64,000 bases of DNA from Octopus vulgaris. Taxonomy: Eukaryota. The stretch's first letter is position 1, and each line of letters starts with the position of its first letter. The position numbers and the translations under genes were made by a program. The stretch lies in the NCBI GenBank assembly GCA_951406725.2, contig OX597820.1, positions 120,156,001 to 120,220,000 of the forward strand, in the 5' to 3' direction. The notes beneath the pieces were generated by a model, which worked only from the letters and a program-made list of their open reading frames with translations, made no database searches and was not told the DNA's origin. Positions 15,527-28,162 of the stretch are shown piece by piece.

Positions 15527-16232
15527 AATGTATATATATATAAGTGTGTATATATATATATATATATATATACATGCGTGTGAGTATATAAATAAAATAG
15601 AGTGCATGTGTGTGTGGATTCTATATGTATAATATAAGAATATCGATTGTTTAATGCATAAAACACAATTACAACCTAATAGCATCTATGATTAATGTAA
15701 AATGAAAATATGTATGTTACATGGTAAAAGTAAGCGAACAAGTCACGTTGTATGTTGTTATATTATGCGTTGAAACAATATCACGTTAATACAAATCGAT
15801 TCAGATCATCTGCACCCTGCATTAGGAGTGAAGTCTGTATTATATCTTCCTGCCTACACGGAACATTAGCAGTTAACAACTAATATGTGAAATAAGAGAC
15901 TTTATCCATCTGTAACTTAAGAAACTTTAACTTAAATACGTCGAATAGATTCATATCTAGTGGTCACGTGTTTCATATTTTTGTTTCGCAAAAGTAAAAC
16001 CCTGGGCTCCATCGGCAAGATTTACTTATTGAGTAAATTGTTTTAGAATAATCTCCGTTTGCTCCAAATTTATAAGTGAAGTTTTGGGACGAAGAATCTT
16101 TGAGAATATTGAATTGCATGATATGTTACTGAATCAGAGCACGAATATTACTACTGTGTGACCATGAATCTAGTCTAAAAAAAAAAAGCACAATATGTTC
16201 ACATATTACACACACAAACACATATATATCAG

Positions 16233-16266
<34 letters not shown>

Positions 16267-16274
16267 ATATATAC

Positions 16275-16338
<64 letters not shown>

Positions 16339-16349
16339 ATATATATATA

Positions 16350-17409
16350 AAAAGTTAATCCAAACAAGAAAGCACAAAAAACACAACAAAGCGAGGACGT
16401 GGGACAAATATAGTATTATTGGACGCTCAGGAAAGAAGGAAAGAAGGAGGGTTTAACGTTTGGAGCGGAGCTCTTCGTCGGAAACATAGGAGAAGGAAAG
16501 ATCCAGAGAAGGGAAGACAGAGGAAAAAATCGCCAACGGTACACACGAGGTCACATTTTGAAAATGATACCTACATACATACAGATATATATATATATTC
16601 AAACATATATATACAAGTGTATGTGTGTATGTCTTGTACTACCCCACATCCTCACCCCAAATCCACACCCCACCCTCACACATTACAGACGCACACAATT
16701 AAACACACAATTGCACACGAATGCGCACCTTCGTTTTGTGATCACCAGTACTTTATTATCTCACCTTCCTCTTAGCTCTCCTGTCCAACAACCTTTTTCC
16801 AGCATGTTGCTATGATTGATCGCTAAATCCACAAGTTTTTTTTTAATTCTCTCTCTATTTACTTCCTCGCGTTCTTTTCTGTTGAAGAACGCAGGCCCGA
16901 AACGTAAAAGACCTCCTCACCTTCCTGAGCGCCAAACTAAACACCTCCTTGTTCTTTATACACAAGTCTTCGTCTTTTGGTTTTCTGTAAATTTCAAGGA
17001 CGTGAAACAAGTATAGTATTATTGGACGCTCAGGAAAGGAAAGAAAGGAGGAGGGTTTAACGGTTCGAGGGGAGCTCTTCGTCAGAAACATAGGAAAAAG
17101 AAAAAGAATAAGAAAACGTCCAAGGAAGGGAAGACGGAGAAAGAAAATCGCCAACGATACACACGTGGTCATATACATATATATATATACTGCCCGAAGT
17201 CAGGACGCCATGATAGATCGTTAGCTTCTACACGCATTTTTTCTCTCCTTGTTTCTCTCCTTTTATTTCTCTGTGTCTTTCAGTCGAAGAGCGTAGGCTC
17301 GAAACGTAAAAGACTTGTTCTATTTCTATTCCTGAGCGCCATACTTATACAATTGTTTGTTTGTACTGCACCTGCCATCGTCTTTTGTTTATTTTCGTAA
17401 ACCTTTCCG

Positions 17410-17410
<1 letters not shown>
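16350..17410. mobile_element. Cluster of four hammerhead-bearing short repeats in alternating orientation (B-, A+, B-, A+)
   Basis: Motifs at 16451-16485 (-), 16873-16911 (+), 17055-17089 (-) and 17275-17314 (+), each followed by a shared TTCCTGAGCG tail. Confidence 0.7.
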
Positions 17411-17459
<49 letters not shown>

Positions 17460-17897
17460 CGAACAACCTATATATACATATATACATCAGACATACAGGC
17501 ACTGTTACATGGCTACATACATATACAGAGGAATATAGGCGAAAAATAAATATATTGAAATGCATATATATGAATGCAAACACACACTTGCACACGCATA
17601 TTATCTCCTGGTGTATGCTTATACAACTTAGCTGTTACTGGCGAGAGAAAGAAAACGTAAAGAAGAAATCAAAAAGGAAAAGAAGAAAAAGAAATAAAAG
17701 AAAAAAAGAAATAGAAAAGGAAAATAAATAGAGGCAGAGAGTAAGATGATTTGGAAGTTAGCGTTCCTAAAACGAATTTAATGAATGTTAAATACTTCAT
17801 TCAGCTTCCCAAATGCCCATGTATAAAACGACACTACATATCTACATAAAAACAAACATAAATACAGTTACACACAAAGAGACATGCATACAAATAT

Positions 17898-17972
<75 letters not shown>

Positions 17973-17986
17973 TCTTCACATGAATG

Positions 17987-18037
<51 letters not shown>

Positions 18038-18424
18038 CATAACGTATATACGTATAAAACATATAAAAACTGTCTGGTATATAGAATATTGAAATAAGGA
18101 AATTGTACAATAACTTAATATAACATAATTAAATGTAATATAAAATAAATATATAAATTTAAAATATAAAATTAGAATATATAAAAATGAGTAAAAATGA
18201 GTAAAACGTAACCCTCGGCGAAACTTAAGTTTAAATTTGTCAGACAATCGAAGGCGTTCTTTAAGACCGGATGTAAAATATGTAAAAAAAAAGGCGACGA
18301 AATATGTACTAGCAATCTAATAGAACAATAATTATAAATTAGGTGTAAAGTCAAATTCAAATGCGACAGTCAAAATTTTCCGAAAATTAAAAAATTTTAC
18401 CCAGGCCTTATATATTCGGTCGAA

Positions 18425-19775
18425 ACTTTAAACCGCGCAGCATGCCTGCATGAATTTAAGAGTTCGCGTCTCTGGATCAATGCATGTTTATCCTCGAATA
18501 GGATGAAGAACTTTTCTGAGAGGCAAAGATAACTTTTCGTAGGTCTTCTATGAGCTAATATCTGTATGATGACGTTTTTTTACCAAAATTACCCAGCTGA
18601 TATTGAAAGGAAAAATTTAATGAAATTTAAATGAAAATTATAGCATAGAATATAATATAATAAAAATGTGAGATATAAATGCAATTGCATTCTTTGATTG
18701 AAGTCTCACTAATAACAAGGCAAATCAAATGGAAGCCTACAAATAAATTGTGCCGAGGAAGAAGAAAATAATTGAAATTCAACTTATTGAAATCGTTTGA
18801 CCCGTTTTCTTTGCTGTTCGGAATATCTATTAGATATAGAAACTGCATATTTATATTAGAGCTCATATGTCTTAATCTGTATGTCCGTACTTATGAATAC
18901 GTTTATATGCATATGTGCATTCTCCTTCAATTCCGCCCAGATAAGTTTTGCAACAATTGTTGCTGTCCTATTCTCGGGGTATCGGAGAGAATTCCGGTGG
19001 GAGTAAAACCGAGTCTTGAATGAAGTTTGCGAAGCCAGTATGTAAGTTTTGATATTCTTCTGAGCCATCTATTAGCACATTTGCTCTATAAACAATTACT
19101 TTTTTTCAAGACATTTACCTTCTAACTGACAGCAAATCTTATTGTTGAAATAGCAGTTCCTCAGATTAGATTCCGTACTGTGGTTGTTTGTATTAAATTT
19201 TGTGTTATGTTGATTAATAAAAGCGGCGAATTTTTTGCAAGAAAGAATATCTAACCTTCAGTGTTCTCGTATGAAAAATTCTATAGAACATATGACTAGA
19301 TTAAAAATATTTAGAAACTAATTTTAAGAATTCCTTACCTATATTTGTTTTTACTGCAATATTAAATGCCGAATTAAACCAGGAAACATTCCTAGTTCTA
19401 GTTCTACGTGATCTATTATGGCTAGAATTAACTTCACTATATTGGATCTTCTCCAAGAATCCACTTTTCCTTAATACATTATTATAATACGGCGTGGGAT
19501 TTTGAAATGGTGTCTCAACTGAAGATATTGATGATCTGCGCCTTTCTGTATTACTAACTAGGTTCTTAAGAATTACGGGTGGATGATTTGATTCTTTGCT
19601 AATGTAACATAGCTTTTCCTTGGGCTTGCGATAGGGTTTAAATTTATCTATTGGAAATCTAAGTTGATATCTAAAATATCTACGTTATTCAGGTTACGTT
19701 CTCTCGTAATCCGTAAGCACATTCTTTGGAAGAAAGTAATCAGATTCTTCCTAAGTTTATCTAACTTATGGCAGT
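18425..19775 (-). mobile_element. Decayed Penelope-like element (RT C-terminus + GIY-YIG endonuclease), interrupted at about 18620-18920
   Basis: Minus-strand translation gives VDILDINLD, FKPYRKP..YISKESNHPP, CQLEGKCL..VYRANV, KTYILASQTSFKTRFYSHRNS..AKLIWAELK and LCLSEKFFIL..RELLNSCRH. Confidence 0.8.
18623..18915 (+). repeat. About 290-bp local direct duplication of 21214-21505
   Basis: Nearly identical text; near-identical 79-aa pseudo-ORFs at 18627-18866 and 21218-21457. Confidence 0.9.
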
Positions 19776-19786
19776 TATATTTATAC

Positions 19787-19817
<31 letters not shown>

Positions 19818-19848
19818 TGTATGTATGCATGTATATATATATATATGC

Positions 19849-19944
<96 letters not shown>

Positions 19945-20721
19945 ATGCTGTAAATGACAGAAAGAGAGAGGCAGTCAGACAAAGAAAGAGAAAGCATTAT
20001 CTATTCTCAAAGGAGTTATGGTTGTCTTGAACCCTCAAATTTTATTGATATATTCTCTTTACATCAGCAAGTTATGGAAGAGTAAACAACGGCATTATAT
20101 TTTGACGCCAGTTTAGTGTTCTTGATGCAGGTTGTTCTGGTCGGCAACATTGAGCTCAAAACTAGTAATTCCTTGTTACTTTATTTTATCTACGCAGAAG
20201 TGACAAAAGACAAAGTTGACTCCGGCGGAATTTGATCTCAGAATGTTTGGAGTTTCATACGATTCTGCTAACGATTTTTATTATTCACCACTTTATGTGA
20301 GAGTAAACGATGAATATTTACATATGCTAATAAGTATTTGCTTGCTTCATATATACATCAGGTTTTGTCGGTAGAAATTGGAAATTGGCATTTTACCCTA
20401 ACGTTATGAAATATTCTTCTCGCCTATAAGATTTCAAATATTCATTTAAATGCACGCACACAGAAGCATGCACAAAAACATAAATATACTTGCATATCCA
20501 TGTGCATGTGTCTGTGTGTGCATGTGTTTGTGCGTACAACCCATAGCGATGAAAACGTCCTAAAGTTGTTGAAGACTTTCAAAGAATTCCAAATGTAAGA
20601 AGAATAAGTGTAGGGAAGGCATCAAATACGGAAAAAAAACATAACAAAAGTACCCTTTCACTGTGTATGCGTGTGTGTCTGTGTGTCTGTGCGTCTGTGT
20701 GTGTGTATATGTATATATATA

Positions 20722-20814
<93 letters not shown>

Positions 20815-21506
20815 TTATGCACGCGCACACACGCACAAATACATACATACATACATACATACATGTGTATATTTCAACGTATGTACATGTATGGAGTTTT
20901 AGTGTTCTGTGAACATATAACATCATGGATGTGTTTATGTTTGTGTATAAAGTTCTTGTTTATTATATTTTTTCCCCACATTTCAGAAAATATGTATAAG
21001 AAGTGAAATAAAATTTATAGAAATGAAATGACAGAAATCAATAAAATTTCAACTAAACTGTTTATATTTTCTTAGTTATGTCCTACCAAAACACAGATTG
21101 GACATAAGAAGAATGTATATTTCATTCGTTCGTGGATTGGCAAATGTTTTGAAACTGAATGAAGCTCAGAAGAAATAGAAGAAAAGGAATAAAGAAAAAT
21201 TGAAGTAACGCAAAAATTTAAATGAAAATTATAGCATCGAAAATAATATAATAAAAATGTGAGATATAAATGCAATTGCATTCATTGATTGAAGTCTCAC
21301 TAATAACAAGGCAAATCAAATGGAAGCCTACAAATAAATTGTGCCGAGGAAGAAGAAAATAATTGAAATTCAATTTATTGAAATCGTTTGACCCATTTTG
21401 TTTGCTATTCGGAATATCTATTAGATATAGAAATTGCATATTTATATTAGAGCTCATATGTCTTAATGTATATGTCTGTACTTATGAATACATTCATATA
21501 CATATG

Positions 21507-21550
<44 letters not shown>

Positions 21551-21811
21551 TGTAGGTATCAATGTGTGTGTATGTGTTTGAGCGGCATAAGTATTCTATA
21601 AAACATAGATATTTGGATATGCATGTTTATAAAACTTCTTCATGTGTGCACACACATGCATGCATTGAAATCTCTTTGAAGACTGTTAAGAAATTCACCA
21701 CACATTTCAATACGTAAAATATTTTCAACAATTTATCTGAAGAAAATATTGAAAAAAAAAATTAAGCTAAGAATAAAACCATTCGCATTCTATCTATCTA
21801 AGTAAGGTAGT

Positions 21812-22135
21812 GAGGGCGCGTGGCTTAGTGGTTAGGGCATTCGGCTCATGATCGTAAGGTTGTGAGTTCGATTCCCGGCGACGCGTTGTGTCCTTGAGCA
21901 AGACACTTTGTTTCACGTTGCTCCAGTCCACTCAGCTGGCAAAAATGAGTTGTACTTGTATTTCAAAGGGTCAGCCTTGTCACTCTCTGTGTCACGCTGA
22001 TTATCCCCGAGAACTACGTTAAGGGTACACGTGTCTGTGGAATGCTCAGCCATTTGCACGTTAATTTCACGAGCAAGCTGTTCCGTTGATCGTATCAGCT
22101 GGGACCCTCGTCGTCGTAACCGGCGGAGTCTTTAG
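21812..22135 (+). mobile_element. tRNA-derived SINE, family 1b (different head, shared 3' body with family 1)
   Basis: A box TGGCTTAGTGG and B box GTTCGATTCC. 13-bp TSD ATCTAAGTAAGGT at 21796-21808 and 22136-22148. Confidence 0.9.
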
Positions 22136-22307
22136 ATCTAAGTAAGGTTACATTCTCGATATTTTTGTATGTTGCAATATATTCATGGATAAAGCATAGC
22201 ACTAGTTCGTTTATCCATTTAACTATCCTGCGGAATTCTTCTCTTATTCCATGGACATGTCAATGTATATATATATATATATATATATACATACATGCAT
22301 ACAGAAA

Positions 22308-22472
22308 TACCTATAATTATTGCGGCCCTGGGATAACACACTGCCTAAATCACAATCTTGAAAAGTTAGGCTTCTCAAAACCAGAAAGGCGAAAGCTAGT
22401 TCGAAGACAACAGATCCAATCCATCACTGGAACTGTAAAAATCTGTAAAACATTCCGGAAGATTATCATTTA
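22308..22472 (+). pseudogene. 3' end fragment of an RLE-type LINE
   Basis: PIIIAALG, then after a frameshift THCLNHNLEKLGF..QIQSITGTVKICKTF, typical of an RLE LINE C-terminus. Confidence 0.6.
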
Positions 22473-23261
22473 GATATATATGAGTGTCTCTAGATATGAA
22501 ACTATATGCATAAAATAAATGCATAAAACAAAACATACAAATTTGTACACATATATATGTATGTATGTATATGTGTGTGCGTGTGTGTGTGCATTTATAT
22601 ATCTACATATATATGTATACATATATCTATATGCATGATGCATATATACGCATATATACATGTTTGTATATGAATATCGAAATATACATAGGAATGTAGA
22701 CATACAGACACATTTCATATTTACATCACCCACAAACATGTTGATATATGTGTCTTTATCAATAAAATTTGAGAGAGTGTGTTTGCGTATGTATCTTAGC
22801 GATTTTGAAGGGATTGAGTGAAGAAACTCGCAAAACAATTACAATTTTCTTTGCAGGTAAACCTCTATTTGTGTGCACTCATGTTTTTTGTATGTTTTTC
22901 CTCAGGTAAGTATGTTTGTGGAGAGATAGTGAGAGAGTGTGTAGGAGGGGATGAGGGGGGGACGACCTAAAGGTAAAACGGGATGGTAACGTGTCTGCAT
23001 GAAGATATATATTTGTTAAAAGTATGGTCACTGAGAGATAAGGAATCGCAGATGTCAAGGTAAACAGGTAAACAGATGCAGAAGTTTTTGAGCGTGACCC
23101 CTGTATGTTTATATACACTCAGATAAATAAATAGATAAATATATATATATATATATATACATGTGTTTTTAAATGTGTACAAGGAAATAAAAGAAGAAAT
23201 ATGAAAGAAATATAAGAAAAATAACATGAAATAAATGAAGGAATGAATGAATATATAAATA

Positions 23262-23341
<80 letters not shown>

Positions 23342-23968
23342 GAAAGTAGGTAGATAGATTGAACGTCGTTAACTGACCGCAAGCGGTATCTCGTTAATGT
23401 TCGATTATTCTTCTGATAATATTTTTTCAGTTCGTTCTGCGAAAACTAAAAATTTAGGAATAATGAAAGGTAATTATAGTTAGCAACGCTAATCATACAA
23501 TTGGTACCAAGTCTGTCAGGCTTATACTTAAACAACCCTATATTACAAATAAATCACCATAGATTCTGTATCTGCGTAATGTATGTATTCATGTGTGTGT
23601 GTGTGTGTGTGTGTTTATGTGCATGTTTGTACGCAGGATAGGCAAATGCTAAAGAAATTAACTTTAGGTCTAACAAAGAACTGGGTTCCATTTCAATCTG
23701 AGTCATTTTGTTCTAATCTTATTCTGTCAAACTGGGTACAAAAATATTCAAAGGTAACCAGTTTCTAGATGCTATTTGTCATTTAAAACTGCCAAACAAG
23801 CCATGAACCCATTGATGCAAATTTTTACCTAAACATGTAATTAAATTTACATCTGGCAGATAAACTTATAGTTTATGAATAACATGCATCATAATTTAAT
23901 GAGTTTTCAATGCGTGGATATGAAGACAAGCAGTTGAGAGAATCATCAGCGCGTCAGAACAAATTCAT

Positions 23969-24090
23969 GGATCTTTTCGGTTTGAACGGCAGTTTTTTCT
24001 AACGGTGTCATATGAAATTGTCACCCATAATTATGACCCTAGTATCGATCTATTGCATTTCTATCTGTTTAGGGTGAGGCTTAGTTAGCG
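23969..24090. mobile_element. One-ended fragment of the GGATC MITE
   Basis: GGATCTTTTCGGTTTGAACGGCAGTTTTTTCT... is the reverse complement of the right end of 1614-2055. Confidence 0.8.
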
Positions 24091-24260
24091 TATGAATGTA
24101 CATAGGATTGGATGATTATGCGTGTGTTCGTAGATAGAATGTTATTAGTGGTATTAAACCGCCATTAATTGAATAAAATCCTTATCACCTGCATTAAAAA
24201 CGGCCTCGGAGAACCGAGTCCAAGGCTTTTGTGTCCTTTGGTTGTTTATTGTCTTAGTGT

Positions 24261-24650
24261 GGAGGCGCAATGGCCCAGTGGTTAGGGCAGCGGACTCGCG
24301 GTCGTAGGATCGCGGTTTAGATTCCCAGACTGGGCGTTGTGAGTGTTTATTGAGCGAAAACACCTAAAAGCTCCACGAGGCTCCGGCAGGGGATGGTGGT
24401 GATCCCTGCTGTACTCTTTCACCACAACTTTCTCTCACTCTTACTTCCTGTTTCTGTTGTACCTGTATTTCAAAGGGCCGCCGGCTTTGTCACTCTCTGT
24501 GTCACGCTGAATATCTCCGAGAACTACGTTAAGGGTACACGTGTCTGTGGAGTACTCAGCCACTTACACGTTAATTTCACGAGCAGGCTGTTCCGTTGGT
24601 CGGATCAACCGGAACCCTCATCCTCGTAACCGACGGGGTGCTTCCACCAC
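24261..24650 (+). mobile_element. tRNA-derived SINE, family 1
   Basis: Copy of 4789-5174. 12-bp TSD TATTGTCTTAGT at 24247-24258 and 24651-24662. Confidence 0.92.
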
Positions 24651-25004
24651 TATTGTCTTAGTCAAGCGGATGTTTAACTAGATGTGGATGATTTTAAAGT
24701 GGTGCAGATTTTATATACTTTGTCTCTGGACAAATCATCTTAGGATGACGTCATTATGAGGGAAGAAACATCTTAATTAGCACGTTCGTTGCGTTGTAGG
24801 CGAAGTCTATGTCAGAAGAATTTTCTTACGTAGACATTTCGAGTAAATCAGTAAATCAGAGTTATTTTCAGCTTCGATCTGGTAACTTCTGTGGGTAAAA
24901 TGATACCCGGCTCGACATATTTAACGAAAGATTTTTAATATGTTAAAAAAATATTACAGGAGATTGTTGTTTATCTGCTCACCCCTCTTCAGACAACCAA
25001 TGTT

Positions 25005-25094
<90 letters not shown>

Positions 25095-25213
25095 CACACG
25101 TACATATATATATATATATATATAAATATACACTTTCATTTGATTTTTAACATACAGACATACGTGCTCGCGTTGAAACTATGCATACATACTTGCATGC
25201 ATACATACATACA

Positions 25214-25244
<31 letters not shown>

Positions 25245-26383
25245 GTATATACATGTGTATGTGCATGTGTGTGTGCATGTGTGTGTGTGTGTGTGTGCGT
25301 GTGTGTGTGTGTAATTCAAAAACAATAATGTTATTGATAGTTACTGTCAACAGTATTCTTCTTAAACTCTAGAAAATTATAGTTTAACCTTCGAAATGAA
25401 TTCAGAATTGGGTTTATTATAACTGAATATAAGGTGGCGAGCTGGCTGAATCGTTAGCACGTTGGGCAAAATGCGTAGCGATATTGTGTCAGAGGGTCGA
25501 TAAAATTAGTATCATTTGGACACTAGAAGGTAGAACAGACGGAACACAGTCGATGGGACGAAAAACTGCCTTCTTTATTCATGTACACTTTACTATCACT
25601 CGCCTTCATACTTTTCTTCCTGTTTCGTTCAAAAACCAAAATAGGTTGGTATTGCCATATGTCAGCAAATTTTATATGGATTCATACAAAGTAGTTTTTA
25701 AGCAGTAGTTTTAACTTCAATATACTTGCCGCCCGGTATATAGGAGACAACCAATATTTTTCCTCACACAGACGCACATGTACACATGATGAAAGTACTG
25801 ATAGATTTAGATATAATGGATTTGGAAAATGATTCTCTAAAAAATATCACTCGGATAACAGGGAATATGTTCTATTTCCCAAGATTCTGAAACATTATTC
25901 TAGAAACATGTGAAAGCCCTTATATACAACTTTAAGTTCACATATATTGTGTAATTATCTCCGAGAGTCTGCGAGTTCAACATTTTGTAGTAATGTATAC
26001 ATCAACAGAATGCAAGAGGAACTATAAATGAAATTGAATGTGGCTCTTAATTGTTGAAATTATGTTCTTTTTCTATACGAATATATCTTATGATCTTTTA
26101 AGAAATAGACAATAATTTCTTTTTGACAGAGATAAATGGCTTTGTGGCGCTCAGTGAATGGAACTAAAATCTGAGAAGTGAGCCTGTGATCCATAGTGTC
26201 CTGTTGTCATTTTTTTGATTAAATTTTCATAAATCTTACGTAAATGATTACGTTTTTGATAAGTGAAATCTATATATATATTTTACATCAGAATTTATAT
26301 ATATATATATTAAGTTAATATTTGCAGTTTTAATCATTAGTAATAACTATTTACGTAATACATCTATCGAATAATCTATTGTA

Positions 26384-26796
26384 GGTGCAGGAGTGGCTGT
26401 GTGGTAAGTAGCTTGCTAACCAGCCACATGGTTCCGGGTTCAGTCCCACTGCGTGGCATCTTGGGCAAGTGTCTTCTGCTATAGCCCCGGGCCGACCAAT
26501 GCCTTGTGAGTGGATTTGGTAGACGGAGACTGAAAGAAGCCTGTCGTATATATGTATATGTATATGTATATGTATGTGTGTTTGTGTGTCTGTGCTTGTC
26601 CCCTTAGCATTGCTTGACAACCGATTCTGGTGTGTTTACGTCCCCGTCACTTAGCGGTTCGGCAAAAGAGACCGATAGAATAAGTACTGGGCTTACAAAG
26701 AATAATTCCCGGGGTCGATTTGCTCGACTAAAGGCGGTGCTCCAGCATGGCCGCAGTCAAATGACTGAAACAAGTAAAAGAGTAAAAGAGTAAAAG
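26384..26796 (+). mobile_element. tRNA-derived SINE, family 2
   Basis: Head TGGCTGTGTGGTAAG..GGTTCAGTCCC, internal TA/TG microsatellite, (GTAAAAGA)n tail. Copies at 31139, 56830 and 62433. Confidence 0.9.
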
Positions 26797-26908
26797 GGTA
26801 GTTTCCGATATGCATGCCTACGAGCATATACTAACTGAGACTCGTTCGTTTTAATGGGCGTATATATTCTTCTTTTTTGAAATATGTATGATACACACAC
26901 ACATATAT

Positions 26909-26967
<59 letters not shown>

Positions 26968-27643
26968 GTGTGTTTATGAAGTTCTCTCGTCCTCCAAATC
27001 CTGTGGCTATACGCCAAACCATTGATAAAAAACAGGTGCTCACACTTAATGACTGATATTATCTGCTCGTACAGCTTTCTATAATTTTTACATGCTAATT
27101 GCGATCTGCACCGAGAAGTTGGATAGAATCTGATACTCGCATTAATACGGATAATACTGCATATTCTAACTAGACAAGAAACATACAACCCTGAACCTTG
27201 AAAATATATGCGTGTAGTCGTTAATCCAATACAATCTATTCTTGAAATGCAAATAAATTAAGCCGAACTGTGATGCATAAAGATAATACTTACTGTAATA
27301 TATCCTGAATATTAAAAGTTTTCATTTCCGATTTAGTGTATAACCTCCAAGTATCGTGTGAGCAGAGTTGAATTGGTTTGGAAATGCTAATAGTTGCATC
27401 TCGCGAATTAATTTAAATTGTAATATATGGTAGTTTCTACTATGGGCACAATGCCTGAAATGTGTGTGGTGGGAGAAAGGACCTGACAGCTACATCGGTG
27501 CTTGACTGGTATTTATTTTATTGACCCCGAAATTATGAAAGATAAAGTCAGCTTCGGCAGAATGTACGGTGTATAGGTGGATGAATTGTGGCTACGCATT
27601 TTGTCCGGCATCCAAACAATTCTGGCAGATCGTCGCTTTCAAA

Positions 27644-27938
27644 TCTTTATATATATAAAAGTCAAGTTGTGTGTCTGTCTCCTATGATTTAGATTCCTAA
27701 CTACTCCCACATTTTGCGGTGCAGTTTAACCAAAACCGGGTATCTTATAGTCGTGATTCATATCGAGCCCTTCTGTGTATTAGCGCGCGTCTACGATGAG
27801 TCTACAATTTTTAAAAAAATTACCATCATTTTTTCCATTTTAATGTATTTTTTTGCTAATTTTTGGCTATAACTCTCTAAAAATGCTTATATAGTTATTT
27901 CCCTTACAAACCCGAGAAATGCCGGGCGATACTGCTAG
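27644..27938 (+). mobile_element. Non-autonomous Helitron
   Basis: Starts TC after A and ends CTAG before T, with subterminal hairpin CCCG..CGGG and no TSD. 5' part is repeated at 63680. Confidence 0.8.
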
Positions 27939-28021
27939 TTTTAATATATAATGCAACCGATGTGTTTAAGCTTGATTACATAAGCTGAATACAAGGAATA
28001 ACGGAAATTAAACGAATTAAA

Positions 28022-28162
28022 TTACTGACGAAATGCCGCTAGGTATTTCGCCGGCGTGCAAAGTTGACCTCGGCGGAATTTGAGCTCAGAATGTAAGGAC
28101 TGAAGAAACGTCGCTAAACATTTTGCCCGGTGTGCTAACGATCCTGCCAGCTTGCTGCCTTA
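28022..28162 (-). mobile_element. SINE family 3 fragments (similar decayed pieces near 11930, 20170, 25432, 27440 and 62200)
   Basis: AAAGTTGACCTCGGCGGAATTTGAGCTCAGAA..GCTAACGATCCTGCCAGCTTGCTGCC. Confidence 0.75.
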
